A DNA stretch of 64,000 nt from Sphingobacteriales bacterium (GTDB taxonomy: Bacteria > Bacteroidota > Bacteroidia > Chitinophagales > CAIOSU01). The notes below the pieces were generated by a model that did no database searches, had not been told where the DNA came from, and saw only the letters and a program-made list of their open reading frames with translations. The stretch spans positions 10,972-74,971 of the forward strand of contig JAIXOI010000040.1 in NCBI GenBank assembly GCA_027486795.1, written 5' to 3'. This document shows, in pieces, positions 12,094 through 20,327 of the stretch (position 1 is its first letter; the number at the start of each line of letters is the position of its first letter). The position numbers were made by a program, and so were the translations under genes.

Positions 12094-12852
12094 ATGATGG
12101 AGTTAAAAGCACATAACCTAGTAAAAACCTATCGCGGCCGCAGGGTAGTGAACGATGTATCGTTTGAGGTAAAACAAGGCGAGATTGTTGGTTTGCTGGG
12201 GCCCAATGGTGCCGGCAAGACAACCAGTTTTTATATGGTAGTGGGCCTTATTAAGGCCGAGGAAGGCAAAGTTACCCTAGATGGGGAAGATATAACCTCC
12301 ATGGCCATGTACCGCAGGGCGCAGTTGGGTATTGGCTATTTACCGCAAGAAGCATCGGTGTTCAGGGATTTGTCTATAGAAAACAACATACGCGCCATAT
12401 TGGAAATGACCCCGCTGAGCAAAGCAGAACAGGCAACCCGTTTAGAGACTTTGATTTCGGAATTTGGCCTGAACCACGTGAGGCATAATAAAGGTTTGAT
12501 ATTATCAGGTGGCGAACGCAGGAGGTGCGAAATTGCCCGTGCCCTGGCCACCGACCCCAAGTTTATATTGCTCGATGAGCCTTTTGCGGGCATTGACCCC
12601 ATAGCCGTAGAAGATATACAACGCATTGTGGCCAAGCTTAGGCAGAAGAATATAGGTATACTCATAACCGACCACAATGTGCAGGAAACCCTTTCTATTA
12701 CCGACCGGGCGTACCTGTTGTTTGAAGGCAAGATATTGAAATCGGGTACTGCCGAAGAGCTATCGCAAGACGAACAGGTGCGGAAAGTGTATCTCGGCCA
12801 GAATTTTGAGCTGCGCGGCAAGCGTATATTTAACGACGAAGAACTACGCTAA
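12094..12852 (+). CDS. lptB: LPS export ABC transporter ATP-binding protein
   Basis: Walker [18 protein letters not shown] signature, Walker B ILLDEPF. The length and N-terminus are typical of LptB. Confidence 0.9.
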   Translation: MMELKAHNLVKTYRGRRVVNDVSFEVKQGEIVGLLGPNGAGKTTSFYMVVGLIKAEEGKVTLDGEDITSMAMYRRAQLGIGYLPQEASVFRDLSIENNIRAILEMTPLSKAEQATRLETLISEFGLNHVRHNKGLILSGGERRRCEIARALATDPKFILLDEPFAGIDPIAVEDIQRIVAKLRQKNIGILITDHNVQETLSITDRAYLLFEGKILKSGTAEELSQDEQVRKVYLGQNFELRGKRIFNDEELR

Positions 12853-12858
12853 CCTGCC

Positions 12859-14379
12859 ATGAGCCCCGTTCGCACCATCATTAATACCGTAACCACCGCT
12901 TTCATCAGGCGGCGCTTGGCGGATATGCAGGTGTACATGGAGCATCCGGCGGAAGCGCAGCGGCGCCTGTTTAAAGAGCTGATAGATACTGCAAAAGATA
13001 CCGAATGGGGCAAGCAATATGACTACAGCAGCATTGCCTCAACCCAGGAATACGCCCAGCGGGTGCCCGTGCAAGACTATGATGCCATAAAACCTTGGAT
13101 TGAAAGGGTGATGGAAGGCCATGCCAATGTAATCTGGCCTGAGCGCATACAGTGGTTTGCCAAGTCGTCGGGCACTACCAGCGACAGGAGCAAGTTTATA
13201 CCCGTAAGCCCAGCATCGCTAGATCAGTGCCACTTTAAAGGTGGCCGCGATGCCATGAGCGTGTATTGTAGCTATTACCCAGAGACCAAAATATTTACGG
13301 GCAAAACCCTGGTGCTGGGCGGCAGCCACAAAATCAACCACCTCGATTCCGGCTCCAGGTATGGCGATGTGAGTGCGGTAATGCTGGAGAACTTACCCTT
13401 TGTAGCCGATGTTTTCCGCACGCCGGAGCGCTCAATAGCCCTTATGGACGAATGGGAAAGCAAGATTGAAAAGATGGCGCTGGCTACCATAAACGAGCAC
13501 GTGACGCAAATTGCGGGTGTGCCGTCGTGGACCATGGTGCTCGTTAAAAAGATATTTGAGCTAACTGGCGAAACCGACCTACGTGCCGTTTGGCCCGACT
13601 TGGAACTGTTCTCGCATGGTGGGGTGAGCTTTGCGCCTTACCGCACGCAATACCAGCACGCTATACCGCACGCCGATATGCACTATCTGGAGACGTATAA
13701 CGCCTCTGAGGGCTTTTTTGCACTGCAAGACGACCCAACACGCAACGATATGCTTTTGCTACTGGACAATGGCGTTTATTTTGAGTTTGTGCCCATGGAT
13801 GAGCTGGGCAACGAACACCCAAAAACCTTAGGCATTGATGAAGTGGAGGTAAATGCCTTATACGCGCTGGTAATAAGCACCAATGCGGGCCTATGGCGCT
13901 ATTTGTTGGGCGATACCGTACGCGTGACCAGCCTACAACCCTTCCGCATACAGATTGCAGGTAGGGTGAAGCACTACATTAATGCTTTTGGCGAGGAAGT
14001 GATGGTTGACAATACCGACCAAGCCCTAGCCAAGGCCTGCGCCGAAACGGGTGCCCAAGTAACCGACTACACCGCCGCCCCGGCTTTCACTACCGATGGG
14101 CAAGGCTACCACGAATGGTTGGTGGAATTTGACACTGCACCAAGTGATATTGCCGCCTTTGCCGAAGCCCTTGACCGCCACTTGCAGCAGCTCAATAGCG
14201 ACTATGAAGCCAAGCGCTATAAAAACATGGTGTTGCAGCCCATTAAATTGCACGTACTGCCCAAGGGCACTTTCTTCAATTGGTTGCGCAGTAAGGGTAA
14301 GTTGGGCGGCCAGCACAAGGTGCCCCGCCTGAGCAACGAACGCACCTATTTAGAAGAGATATTGGCGTTGGTTGCCTGA
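12859..14379 (+). CDS. GH3 auxin-responsive promoter family (acyl-adenylate-forming) protein
   Basis: About 500 aa with FAKSSGTTS..SKFIP and YNASEGFFA motifs, typical of bacterial GH3-family proteins. Confidence 0.8.
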   Translation: MSPVRTIINTVTTAFIRRRLADMQVYMEHPAEAQRRLFKELIDTAKDTEWGKQYDYSSIASTQEYAQRVPVQDYDAIKPWIERVMEGHANVIWPERIQWFAKSSGTTSDRSKFIPVSPASLDQCHFKGGRDAMSVYCSYYPETKIFTGKTLVLGGSHKINHLDSGSRYGDVSAVMLENLPFVADVFRTPERSIALMDEWESKIEKMALATINEHVTQIAGVPSWTMVLVKKIFELTGETDLRAVWPDLELFSHGGVSFAPYRTQYQHAIPHADMHYLETYNASEGFFALQDDPTRNDMLLLLDNGVYFEFVPMDELGNEHPKTLGIDEVEVNALYALVISTNAGLWRYLLGDTVRVTSLQPFRIQIAGRVKHYINAFGEEVMVDNTDQALAKACAETGAQVTDYTAAPAFTTDGQGYHEWLVEFDTAPSDIAAFAEALDRHLQQLNSDYEAKRYKNMVLQPIKLHVLPKGTFFNWLRSKGKLGGQHKVPRLSNERTYLEEILALVA

Positions 14380-14381
14380 GG

Positions 14382-14747
14382 TTACTCCCAAAATTTCCAC
14401 CACTTTTTGTTGCTGAAACCGATGTACAAGGTATCATCCTTAACCATTAATGGATAGGTGGGCACGCGGTAGCCCTCGCCGGTGGTGTTTTTGCCCGTGC
14501 GCATATCAAACTTAATGCGGTGTATGGGGCACACCACATGGCCCGCCTCGTCGCACCAGCCCTTGCCCAATGAGGCCCCGGCGTGGGGGCAAGTGTCGTG
14601 TAGGGCAAAGTATTCGCCATCCAATTTACCCAAGCAAACAGGTTTGCCATCCACTTTAAGGGCAATTACTTGCCGCTTAGCAAACATTTGCTCCAGCTCC
14701 CAAAGCTCAAACAGGCGGTTCCAGGTGTAGGTTTCTTCGGTGGGCAT
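14382..14747 (-). CDS. Rieske (2Fe-2S) domain protein
   Basis: CPH...CPIH Rieske cluster-binding motifs (CPHAGASLGKGWCDEAGHVVCPIH). Confidence 0.8.
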   Translation of the reverse strand: MPTEETYTWNRLFELWELEQMFAKRQVIALKVDGKPVCLGKLDGEYFALHDTCPHAGASLGKGWCDEAGHVVCPIHRIKFDMRTGKNTTGEGYRVPTYPLMVKDDTLYIGFSNKKWWKFWE

Positions 14748-14919
14748 AGTGCTAAGATAGGGGTTTGGGTTAATAGTAGATGCGACGGGTGGTTGCCAAT
14801 AGCTAATTTACGGTAGTTATTCGTTTTGACGTATGTTAAATATTAGACGGATAGATCCTTCCACCCAAATCTTCATACTCGATACCCAATAGTTGATACT
14901 TATACCCATCTCAATTGCG

Positions 14920-14927
14920 TAACTTTG
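14920..14927 (+). promoter_or_regulatory. candidate -7 promoter box (TAnnTTTG) for uvrA
   Basis: taactttg lies 35 nt upstream of the ATG at 14962. This is a motif match only. Confidence 0.3.
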
Positions 14928-14961
14928 CAACCGATTTTGAGCAACCGATGTTATAAGTGCC

Positions 14962-17793
14962 ATGGCTGAAACAGAAACCCTGCAGAGCGGCGCGTCCGTA
15001 ATAGATTTAGACCCTAAAAAGTACATCATCATCAAAGGCGCCAAGGTGCACAACCTGCGCAATGTTGATGTGGCCATACCCCGCAACAAGCTGGTGGTGG
15101 TTACGGGTGTATCGGGTTCGGGCAAGTCGTCCATTACCATCGATACCCTTTTTGCTGAGGGCCAGCGCCGCTATGTAGAGAGTTTGAGCAGCTATGCGCG
15201 CCAGTTTTTGGGCCGCATGAACAAGCCCGATGTGGAGTACATAAAGGGCATTTGTCCGGCCATTGCCATTGAGCAGAAGGTAAGTACGCGCACCACGCGC
15301 TCAACAGTGGGCTCGCTTACCGAGATATACGATTACCTGCGCCTGTTGTTTGCCCGCATGGGCCGCACCTACTCACCCATTTCGGGCGAGGAAGTAAAGA
15401 AGCACACCGTTGATGATGTAGCCAGCTACGTAATGGGCTTAGAAGAAGGCGCCAAAGTGCAGGTGCTAATACCCATGGCGCACCACGACAAAGCGAACCT
15501 AGAAAAAGAGCTACAACTATTGGTGCAGAAGGGCTACAGCAGGGTAGCCGACGAAGCGGTGGTGTATAAGATTGATGAATTGCTGGAGGATAAAGCCCTC
15601 TATAAAACCTACAAAGACAAGGATACTAAGTTTGTATTGATTGACCGCCTGGTGGTAAAACACGGCGAGGAGGAAGACGAAACCCGCATGCGCATATCAG
15701 ACTCGGCACAAACGGCCTTTTTTGAGAGCTTGGGTATTTGTGTAATTGAGGTATTGGGCCAGGGCAAGCGGGAGTTTAACAACTTGTTTGAGTTGGATGG
15801 GATGCGTTTTGAAGAGCCAACGCCGCACTTTTTCAATTTCAATAGCCCTTTTGGGGCATGCAAAACCTGCGAGGGTTTTGGCTCAGTAATGGGCATTGAT
15901 GAAGATTTGGTGGTGCCTGACAAAAACATGTCGATTTACGAGGGGGCCATTGCCCCTTGGCGTGGCGATAAAATGGGCGAGTGGCTGAAACCGCTGGTAA
16001 AAAATGCGTTGGCGATGGATTTCCCCATCCACCGCTCGTATAAATTCCTTACCGACGAGGAGAAGCAATTGGTTTGGCAAGGCAATAAGTACTTTGAGGG
16101 GTTGGATGCCTTTTTTGCCTACCTAGAAGAGAATGCCTACAAAATACAGTACCGCGTAATGCTAAGCCGCTACCGTGGCCGCACCAAGTGCCCCGAGTGC
16201 GGTGGCTCTCGCTTGCGCAAGGATACACAGTACGTGAAGATTGGTGGCCGGAACATTGCCGAGCTGCTCTTGATGCCCGTAGATAAGTTGTGGGAGTGGT
16301 TTAATGGCTTGGAGCTGAGCGACCACGACCGCCAGATTGGCAAACGCATATTGATAGAGGTGAATACCCGCCTGGGCTTGATGTTGGAGGTGGGCTTGCC
16401 TTACCTTACCATGAACCGCGTGAGCAACACGCTTTCGGGTGGTGAAACACAGCGCATTAACCTAACCCGCACCCTGGGTAGCAACCTTACCGACTCATTG
16501 TACATATTGGATGAGCCAAGTGTAGGTCTGCACCCACGCGATACCAAACGCTTGGTGGGCGTGCTAGAGCGCCTGCGCGACCTAGGTAATACGGTAGTGG
16601 TGGTGGAGCACGAAGAAGAAGTAATGCGTGCGGCAGATTATATAGTAGATATGGGTCCGCGTGCCGGCAGGTTAGGTGGCGAAGTGGTTTTTCAAGGCGA
16701 TTATGCCGATTTGCCATCGAGCAAAAGAAGCCTTACCAGCCAATACCTGAACGGTATATTGCAAATACCTACCCCAACTACCCGCCGCAAAAGCAGCAAC
16801 AAGATAAAACTGACAGGTGTAACCCAACACAACCTGAAGGATGTGAGCATTGAGATACCGCTAAACGCCCTTACGGTGGTTACGGGGGTGTCGGGTTCGG
16901 GCAAAACTACTTTGATAAAACAGGTGTTTTACCCAGCATTGAACCAGTTTCTGGGCAGTGCGGGCGAGAAACCAGGTGCTTACGAGGAACTTACGGGCGA
17001 CTTAAAGCAGATTGACGTAGTAGAGTTGGTGGATCAAAACCCGATTGGCAAATCATCGCGAAGCAACCCGGTAACGTACATTAAGGCTTACGATGCCATC
17101 CGCGAACTGTTTTCGCATGTGCAACTGTCCCGTTTGCGTGGCTTTAAGCCTAAGCACTTCTCGTTTAACGTAGAGGGTGGCCGTTGCGAGGTATGTAAAG
17201 GCGATGGCGAGATAGTGGTGGAGATGCAATTCCTAGCCGATGTGCACTTGGTATGCGAAGAGTGTGGTGGCAAGCGTTTCAAAGAAGAAGTATTGGAGGC
17301 CCAATACCGCGGCAAGAGCATATTTGATGTGCTAGAAATGAGCGTGGATGAGGCCATTGAGTTTTTCGATAAAGAGAAAGACATCCGTGAGCGGTTGCAA
17401 CCCTTGCAAGATGTGGGCTTGGGCTACGTAAAGCTGGGGCAGAGCAGCAGCACCCTATCGGGCGGCGAGGCGCAAAGGGTAAAGCTGGCTTCGTTTTTGG
17501 GCAAGGGCCATAGCGGCAACCGTGTGTTGTTCATCTTCGATGAGCCTACTACAGGTCTGCATTTCCATGATATTGCCATATTAATGAAAGCCTTTGATGC
17601 TTTAATAGATATAGGCCACACCATTATCGTCATCGAGCACAACGTGGAAGTTATCAAAAATGCCGATTGGGTTATAGACCTCGGCCCCGAAGGCGGCGCC
17701 CCTGGCGGCGAACTACTATACCAAGGCACCCCAGAAGGCTTGGTAAACGTAGAGCGCTCTTACACCGGTCAGTTTTTGAAAGGGAAGATGTAG
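14962..17793 (+). CDS. uvrA: excinuclease ABC subunit A
   Basis: 943 aa with two ABC ATPase modules (two copies of GVSGSGKS/T and two LSGGE signatures) and zinc-finger Cys clusters (CKTCEG, CPECGG, CEVCKGDG...CEECGG). Confidence 0.97.
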   Translation: MAETETLQSGASVIDLDPKKYIIIKGAKVHNLRNVDVAIPRNKLVVVTGVSGSGKSSITIDTLFAEGQRRYVESLSSYARQFLGRMNKPDVEYIKGICPAIAIEQKVSTRTTRSTVGSLTEIYDYLRLLFARMGRTYSPISGEEVKKHTVDDVASYVMGLEEGAKVQVLIPMAHHDKANLEKELQLLVQKGYSRVADEAVVYKIDELLEDKALYKTYKDKDTKFVLIDRLVVKHGEEEDETRMRISDSAQTAFFESLGICVIEVLGQGKREFNNLFELDGMRFEEPTPHFFNFNSPFGACKTCEGFGSVMGIDEDLVVPDKNMSIYEGAIAPWRGDKMGEWLKPLVKNALAMDFPIHRSYKFLTDEEKQLVWQGNKYFEGLDAFFAYLEENAYKIQYRVMLSRYRGRTKCPECGGSRLRKDTQYVKIGGRNIAELLLMPVDKLWEWFNGLELSDHDRQIGKRILIEVNTRLGLMLEVGLPYLTMNRVSNTLSGGETQRINLTRTLGSNLTDSLYILDEPSVGLHPRDTKRLVGVLERLRDLGNTVVVVEHEEEVMRAADYIVDMGPRAGRLGGEVVFQGDYADLPSSKRSLTSQYLNGILQIPTPTTRRKSSNKIKLTGVTQHNLKDVSIEIPLNALTVVTGVSGSGKTTLIKQVFYPALNQFLGSAGEKPGAYEELTGDLKQIDVVELVDQNPIGKSSRSNPVTYIKAYDAIRELFSHVQLSRLRGFKPKHFSFNVEGGRCEVCKGDGEIVVEMQFLADVHLVCEECGGKRFKEEVLEAQYRGKSIFDVLEMSVDEAIEFFDKEKDIRERLQPLQDVGLGYVKLGQSSSTLSGGEAQRVKLASFLGKGHSGNRVLFIFDEPTTGLHFHDIAILMKAFDALIDIGHTIIVIEHNVEVIKNADWVIDLGPEGGAPGGELLYQGTPEGLVNVERSYTGQFLKGKM

Positions 17794-17886
17794 GTATTTT
17801 CGATTTTAGATTTACGAGGTACGATTTTACAGGGTTGATATAACGGCCATTATCAGTTTTAGCATACGTTTCTGAGCCTTTTAAAA

Positions 17887-17977
17887 GGCGTGTCATCCTG
17901 AGCCTGTCGAAGGGTGCGCGCGATTGCATACCCGCCGCAGCTTTTTCAGCGGAGGTGGGCATGTTGAGGTGAGTATT
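17887..17977 (+). repeat. left arm of the 91-bp inverted repeat (core tgtcatcctgagcctgtcgaagggtgcgcgcg)
   Basis: Its reverse complement matches 18865..18955 at 88 of 91 positions (hand alignment). Confidence 0.9.
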
Positions 17978-17981
17978 GCAT

Positions 17982-18045
17982 CCCAGAAGGCTTGGTTAAC
18001 TTAGTGCACTGTTGTAAGGGTTGGTTTTTTAGAGGGAAAATGTAG
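17982..18045 (+). pseudogene. decayed duplicate of the last about 21 codons of uvrA
   Basis: The ungapped alignment with 17730..17793 gives 50/64 identities (hand count), in the same frame and ending in the same ..atgtag stop (PEGLVNLVHCCKGWFFRGKM* versus PEGLVNVERSYTGQFLKGKM*). Confidence 0.6.
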
Positions 18046-18196
18046 CGTGACATAAATTGTTAGGCCTAATGTCGAAAATTAAGTAAATTTACCTCGAAAG
18101 CAGGGAGAAGTATTTCTCGCACCTTTTGGAAGGGCTTGCTTATCCTTATGGAAGGGATAAATAACTACCTCCGAGGCAAATCACAATGAATCAGTT

Positions 18197-18234
18197 AACC
18201 TCAAATGAGTCGCATCTTATTTGAGGTTTTTTTT
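18197..18234 (+). terminator. rho-independent terminator with no adjacent plus-strand gene (possibly the ancestral uvrA terminator)
   Basis: aacctcaaat / atttgaggtt stem followed by a run of 8 T. Confidence 0.55.
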
Positions 18235-18428
18235 ACTGATTTAATTCTTGCTAATGATCCAAAATTACATTTAGCAAAACGGAGGTTGAAAAATGTTTTT
18301 CAACACCCCCATAGGACAAGATTTAAAAGCCTTATTTCACAAGGCTTAGGGCTGTGGAAATCTCTATTTTTGGAAAATAAATTTGGTAGTTTTATCGCCG
18401 AAACTATTTGTAGGCCTAGCTTTTGGCA

Positions 18429-18460
18429 TGTCATCCTGAGCCTGTCGAAGGGTGCGCGCG
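18429..18460 (+). repeat. internal copy of the 32-nt repeat core
   Basis: Identical to 17891..17922 and diverging after the core. It lies just 3' of the GIY-YIG gene. Confidence 0.85.
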
Positions 18461-18497
18461 TGGGCCTGCTGATGCGAGCGATAGCTCTCAAACTACC

Positions 18498-18833
18498 TCA
18501 AACGTCTAATTCGTCGACAGGACCCTCCCCAGTTTTAGCATTGCCTTTACAGGCAGCCAACTCAGGCAATATATCCCAATTGCCGGCAATTATGGCTTCT
18601 TTCTTTTTTCTGTTCCAGCCCTTGATTTGCTTTTCCCAAGCAATTGCTTGTAGTATATCGTTGAAAATCTCGTTATAGACTAATGATACTGGTCGCCTAC
18701 CATAAGTAAAAGCTTTTGGGTTGATACCCGCATTATGTTCATTCACCCTTCTGTCTACATTATTGGTAATGCCAGTATAATACAAACCATCGGCACAAAT
18801 GACTATATAGACATAATAGAGTTTCATGGTCAT
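18498..18833 (-). CDS. GIY-YIG nuclease family protein (small stand-alone URI-domain type)
   Basis: KLYYVYIV...GLYYTGITNNVDRRVNEHN and EKQIKGWNRKKK motifs. The start may be 18827 (MKLYY). Confidence 0.9.
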   Translation of the reverse strand: MTMKLYYVYIVICADGLYYTGITNNVDRRVNEHNAGINPKAFTYGRRPVSLVYNEIFNDILQAIAWEKQIKGWNRKKKEAIIAGNWDILPELAACKGNAKTGEGPVDELDV

Positions 18834-18864
18834 GAAATTAGCGAATTGTCGTTAATTTAGGTGT

Positions 18865-18955
18865 AATACTCATCTCAACATGCCCACCTCCGCTGAAAAA
18901 GCTACGGCGGGTAAGCAATCGCGCGCACCCTTCGACAGGCTCAGGATGACACGCC
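18865..18955 (-). repeat. right arm of the 91-bp inverted repeat
   Basis: Reverse complement of 17887..17977 with 3 mismatches. A further partial, diverged reverse-orientation copy abuts it at about 18945..18995. Confidence 0.9.
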
Positions 18956-19011
18956 TTTCCATCTCGTTTCAAATGAGGCTAGGATGACATGCCTCTTGAA
19001 GTAACGAACAC

Positions 19012-19052
19012 ACAAAAAAAGAAACGGCCCAAAGCATCTGCTCTGGGCCGTT
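19012..19052 (-). terminator. bidirectional hairpin terminator downstream of queF
   Basis: aacggccca / tgggccgtt stem, flanked by an A-run on the plus strand (a T-run on the minus strand) and by ttttt on the plus side. Confidence 0.6.
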
Positions 19053-19073
19053 TTTATAAGGTATGTGTAGTAA

Positions 19074-19511
19074 TTACATAATCACATCAAAAGTGTCTTC
19101 GCTGCCCACCCAATCGCGGAACTGCTCGTTGCCGCCACGTACTTTCCAATCGCTATCAATGGTCAGTTTTGAACTGATACCACCGCGAGGGTTGAAAATC
19201 ATGGTAATGCGCAAGCGCTCTGGGTCGTATACGTCAATCATATCATCATATACTATGTTTATCAAGCGCTCGTACGACACGATAATGTCGCGCAATTGAT
19301 ATACATATTGCTTCAATGATTTTAGCTCAATTACTTTCTTCTTAGGGTAGAAAGTCATGTACAAAGTTGCAAAATCAGGCTGCTCATGCACACCTAGGAA
19401 CGTGCACTCAGGCACTTTAATTTTGATTTCGTAAGCTCCTTTTGCAGGGTTAGGAATCGCTTTTAGGATTTTACGGTCAATCTTGTCGTAAAGTTTTTTC
19501 TCGTGGGCCAT
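19074..19511 (-). CDS. queF: NADPH-dependent 7-cyano-7-deazaguanine (preQ0) reductase, type I
   Basis: About 145 aa with a tunnel-fold pattern. It carries the QueF motif region ELKSLKQYVYQLRD and a Cys in VPECTFLG. Confidence 0.8.
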   Translation of the reverse strand: MAHEKKLYDKIDRKILKAIPNPAKGAYEIKIKVPECTFLGVHEQPDFATLYMTFYPKKKVIELKSLKQYVYQLRDIIVSYERLINIVYDDMIDVYDPERLRITMIFNPRGGISSKLTIDSDWKVRGGNEQFRDWVGSEDTFDVIM

Positions 19512-19695
19512 GGTATTGAGGCAGTTGTTAGATTCAATGCAAAGAAAACCAATAAATTGGCAAGTAGGTAGTATTTAGGCCATACTTAATGCCCCAGCGC
19601 CTATTTTAAGTCATTTTAGTATTTAGACTGCTTATAAATTAGCCTAAATCTGCTTTTTGCAGCAACTAAAGGTGCTATGGCGGTGTTCATTTAGG

Positions 19696-19703
19696 TATAT
19701 TTG
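19696..19703 (+). promoter_or_regulatory. candidate -7 promoter box (TAnnTTTG) for the ferritin gene
   Basis: tatatttg ends 21 nt upstream of the ATG at 19725. Confidence 0.3.
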
Positions 19704-19724
19704 CTTTAGAAAAACCACAAGGCT

Positions 19725-20237
19725 ATGTTATCAAAATCACTTGAGAAAGCGCTCAACGAACAAGTTTCTATTGAAGGTCATGCTTCTTACGCCTATTTGG
19801 CCATGGCTTCATGGTGTGAACAACAAGGTATGAACGGTGCTGCTAAATTCTTTTTTGCCCAAAGCGAAGAAGAACGCACGCACATGCTAAAGATATTCAA
19901 CTACATCAATTCGGTAAAAGGCCATGCCCTAGCGCCTGCCATTAAGCAACCTAGCCTTAAGTTTAAAGGCATAGTAGAAATGGTAAAAGAGGCCCTGCAC
20001 AACGAGGAGAAGGTAACCGCTTCGGTTTATAAGCTGTCGGAAATGGCCCAAAACGAAAAGGACTACGGCACTTACAACTTTATGCAGTTTTATGTGGATG
20101 AGCAGCGAGAAGAGGAAGTGTTGTTCAATCACATACTAGAGCGCATTGAGCTTATCGGCACTGAAGGCATGGGCCGCTACTACATCGACAAAGAGCTAGA
20201 AGCTCTCACCGGCGGCGGCGCTCCTGCTGCGGAGTAG
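19725..20237 (+). CDS. ftnA: non-heme bacterial ferritin
   Basis: Ferroxidase-centre pattern (NEQVSIEGHASYAY, SEEERTHMLK, DEQREEE) in a protein of about 170 aa. Confidence 0.85.
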   Translation: MLSKSLEKALNEQVSIEGHASYAYLAMASWCEQQGMNGAAKFFFAQSEEERTHMLKIFNYINSVKGHALAPAIKQPSLKFKGIVEMVKEALHNEEKVTASVYKLSEMAQNEKDYGTYNFMQFYVDEQREEEVLFNHILERIELIGTEGMGRYYIDKELEALTGGGAPAAE

Positions 20238-20327
20238 GATTTTTAATGTACCGATTAGTAAATGGACCGATGTACCGATGGATTTTTTCATTGGCACATT
20301 AGCACATTGGTAAATCAGCACATCGAA

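Larger units (their letters stand above)
17887..18955. mobile_element. GIY-YIG nuclease cassette delimited by 91-bp inverted repeats (putative selfish/MITE-like element or its remnant)
   Basis: See the component features below. No transposase or integrase is present, so mobility is an inference. Confidence 0.4.

Noticed and set aside
12336-12821. A 161-aa antisense ORF inside lptB, and similar antisense ORFs inside uvrA, wzc, the wecA-like gene, the glnA-like gene and the permease gene.
   Set aside because: All lie inside strongly supported genes on the other strand and lack motifs.
14817-15140. A minus-strand 107-aa ORF spanning the uvrA start region.
   Set aside because: It overlaps the uvrA N-terminus and the candidate uvrA promoter, and it has no recognisable features.
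18205-18678. The 157-aa plus-strand ORF, together with the 17672..17962 and 18300..18491 minus-strand ORFs.
   Set aside because: They run through the repeat units (translating to HVILSLSKGAR / APFDRLRMT) and overlap uvrA or the GIY-YIG gene. They have no coding features.
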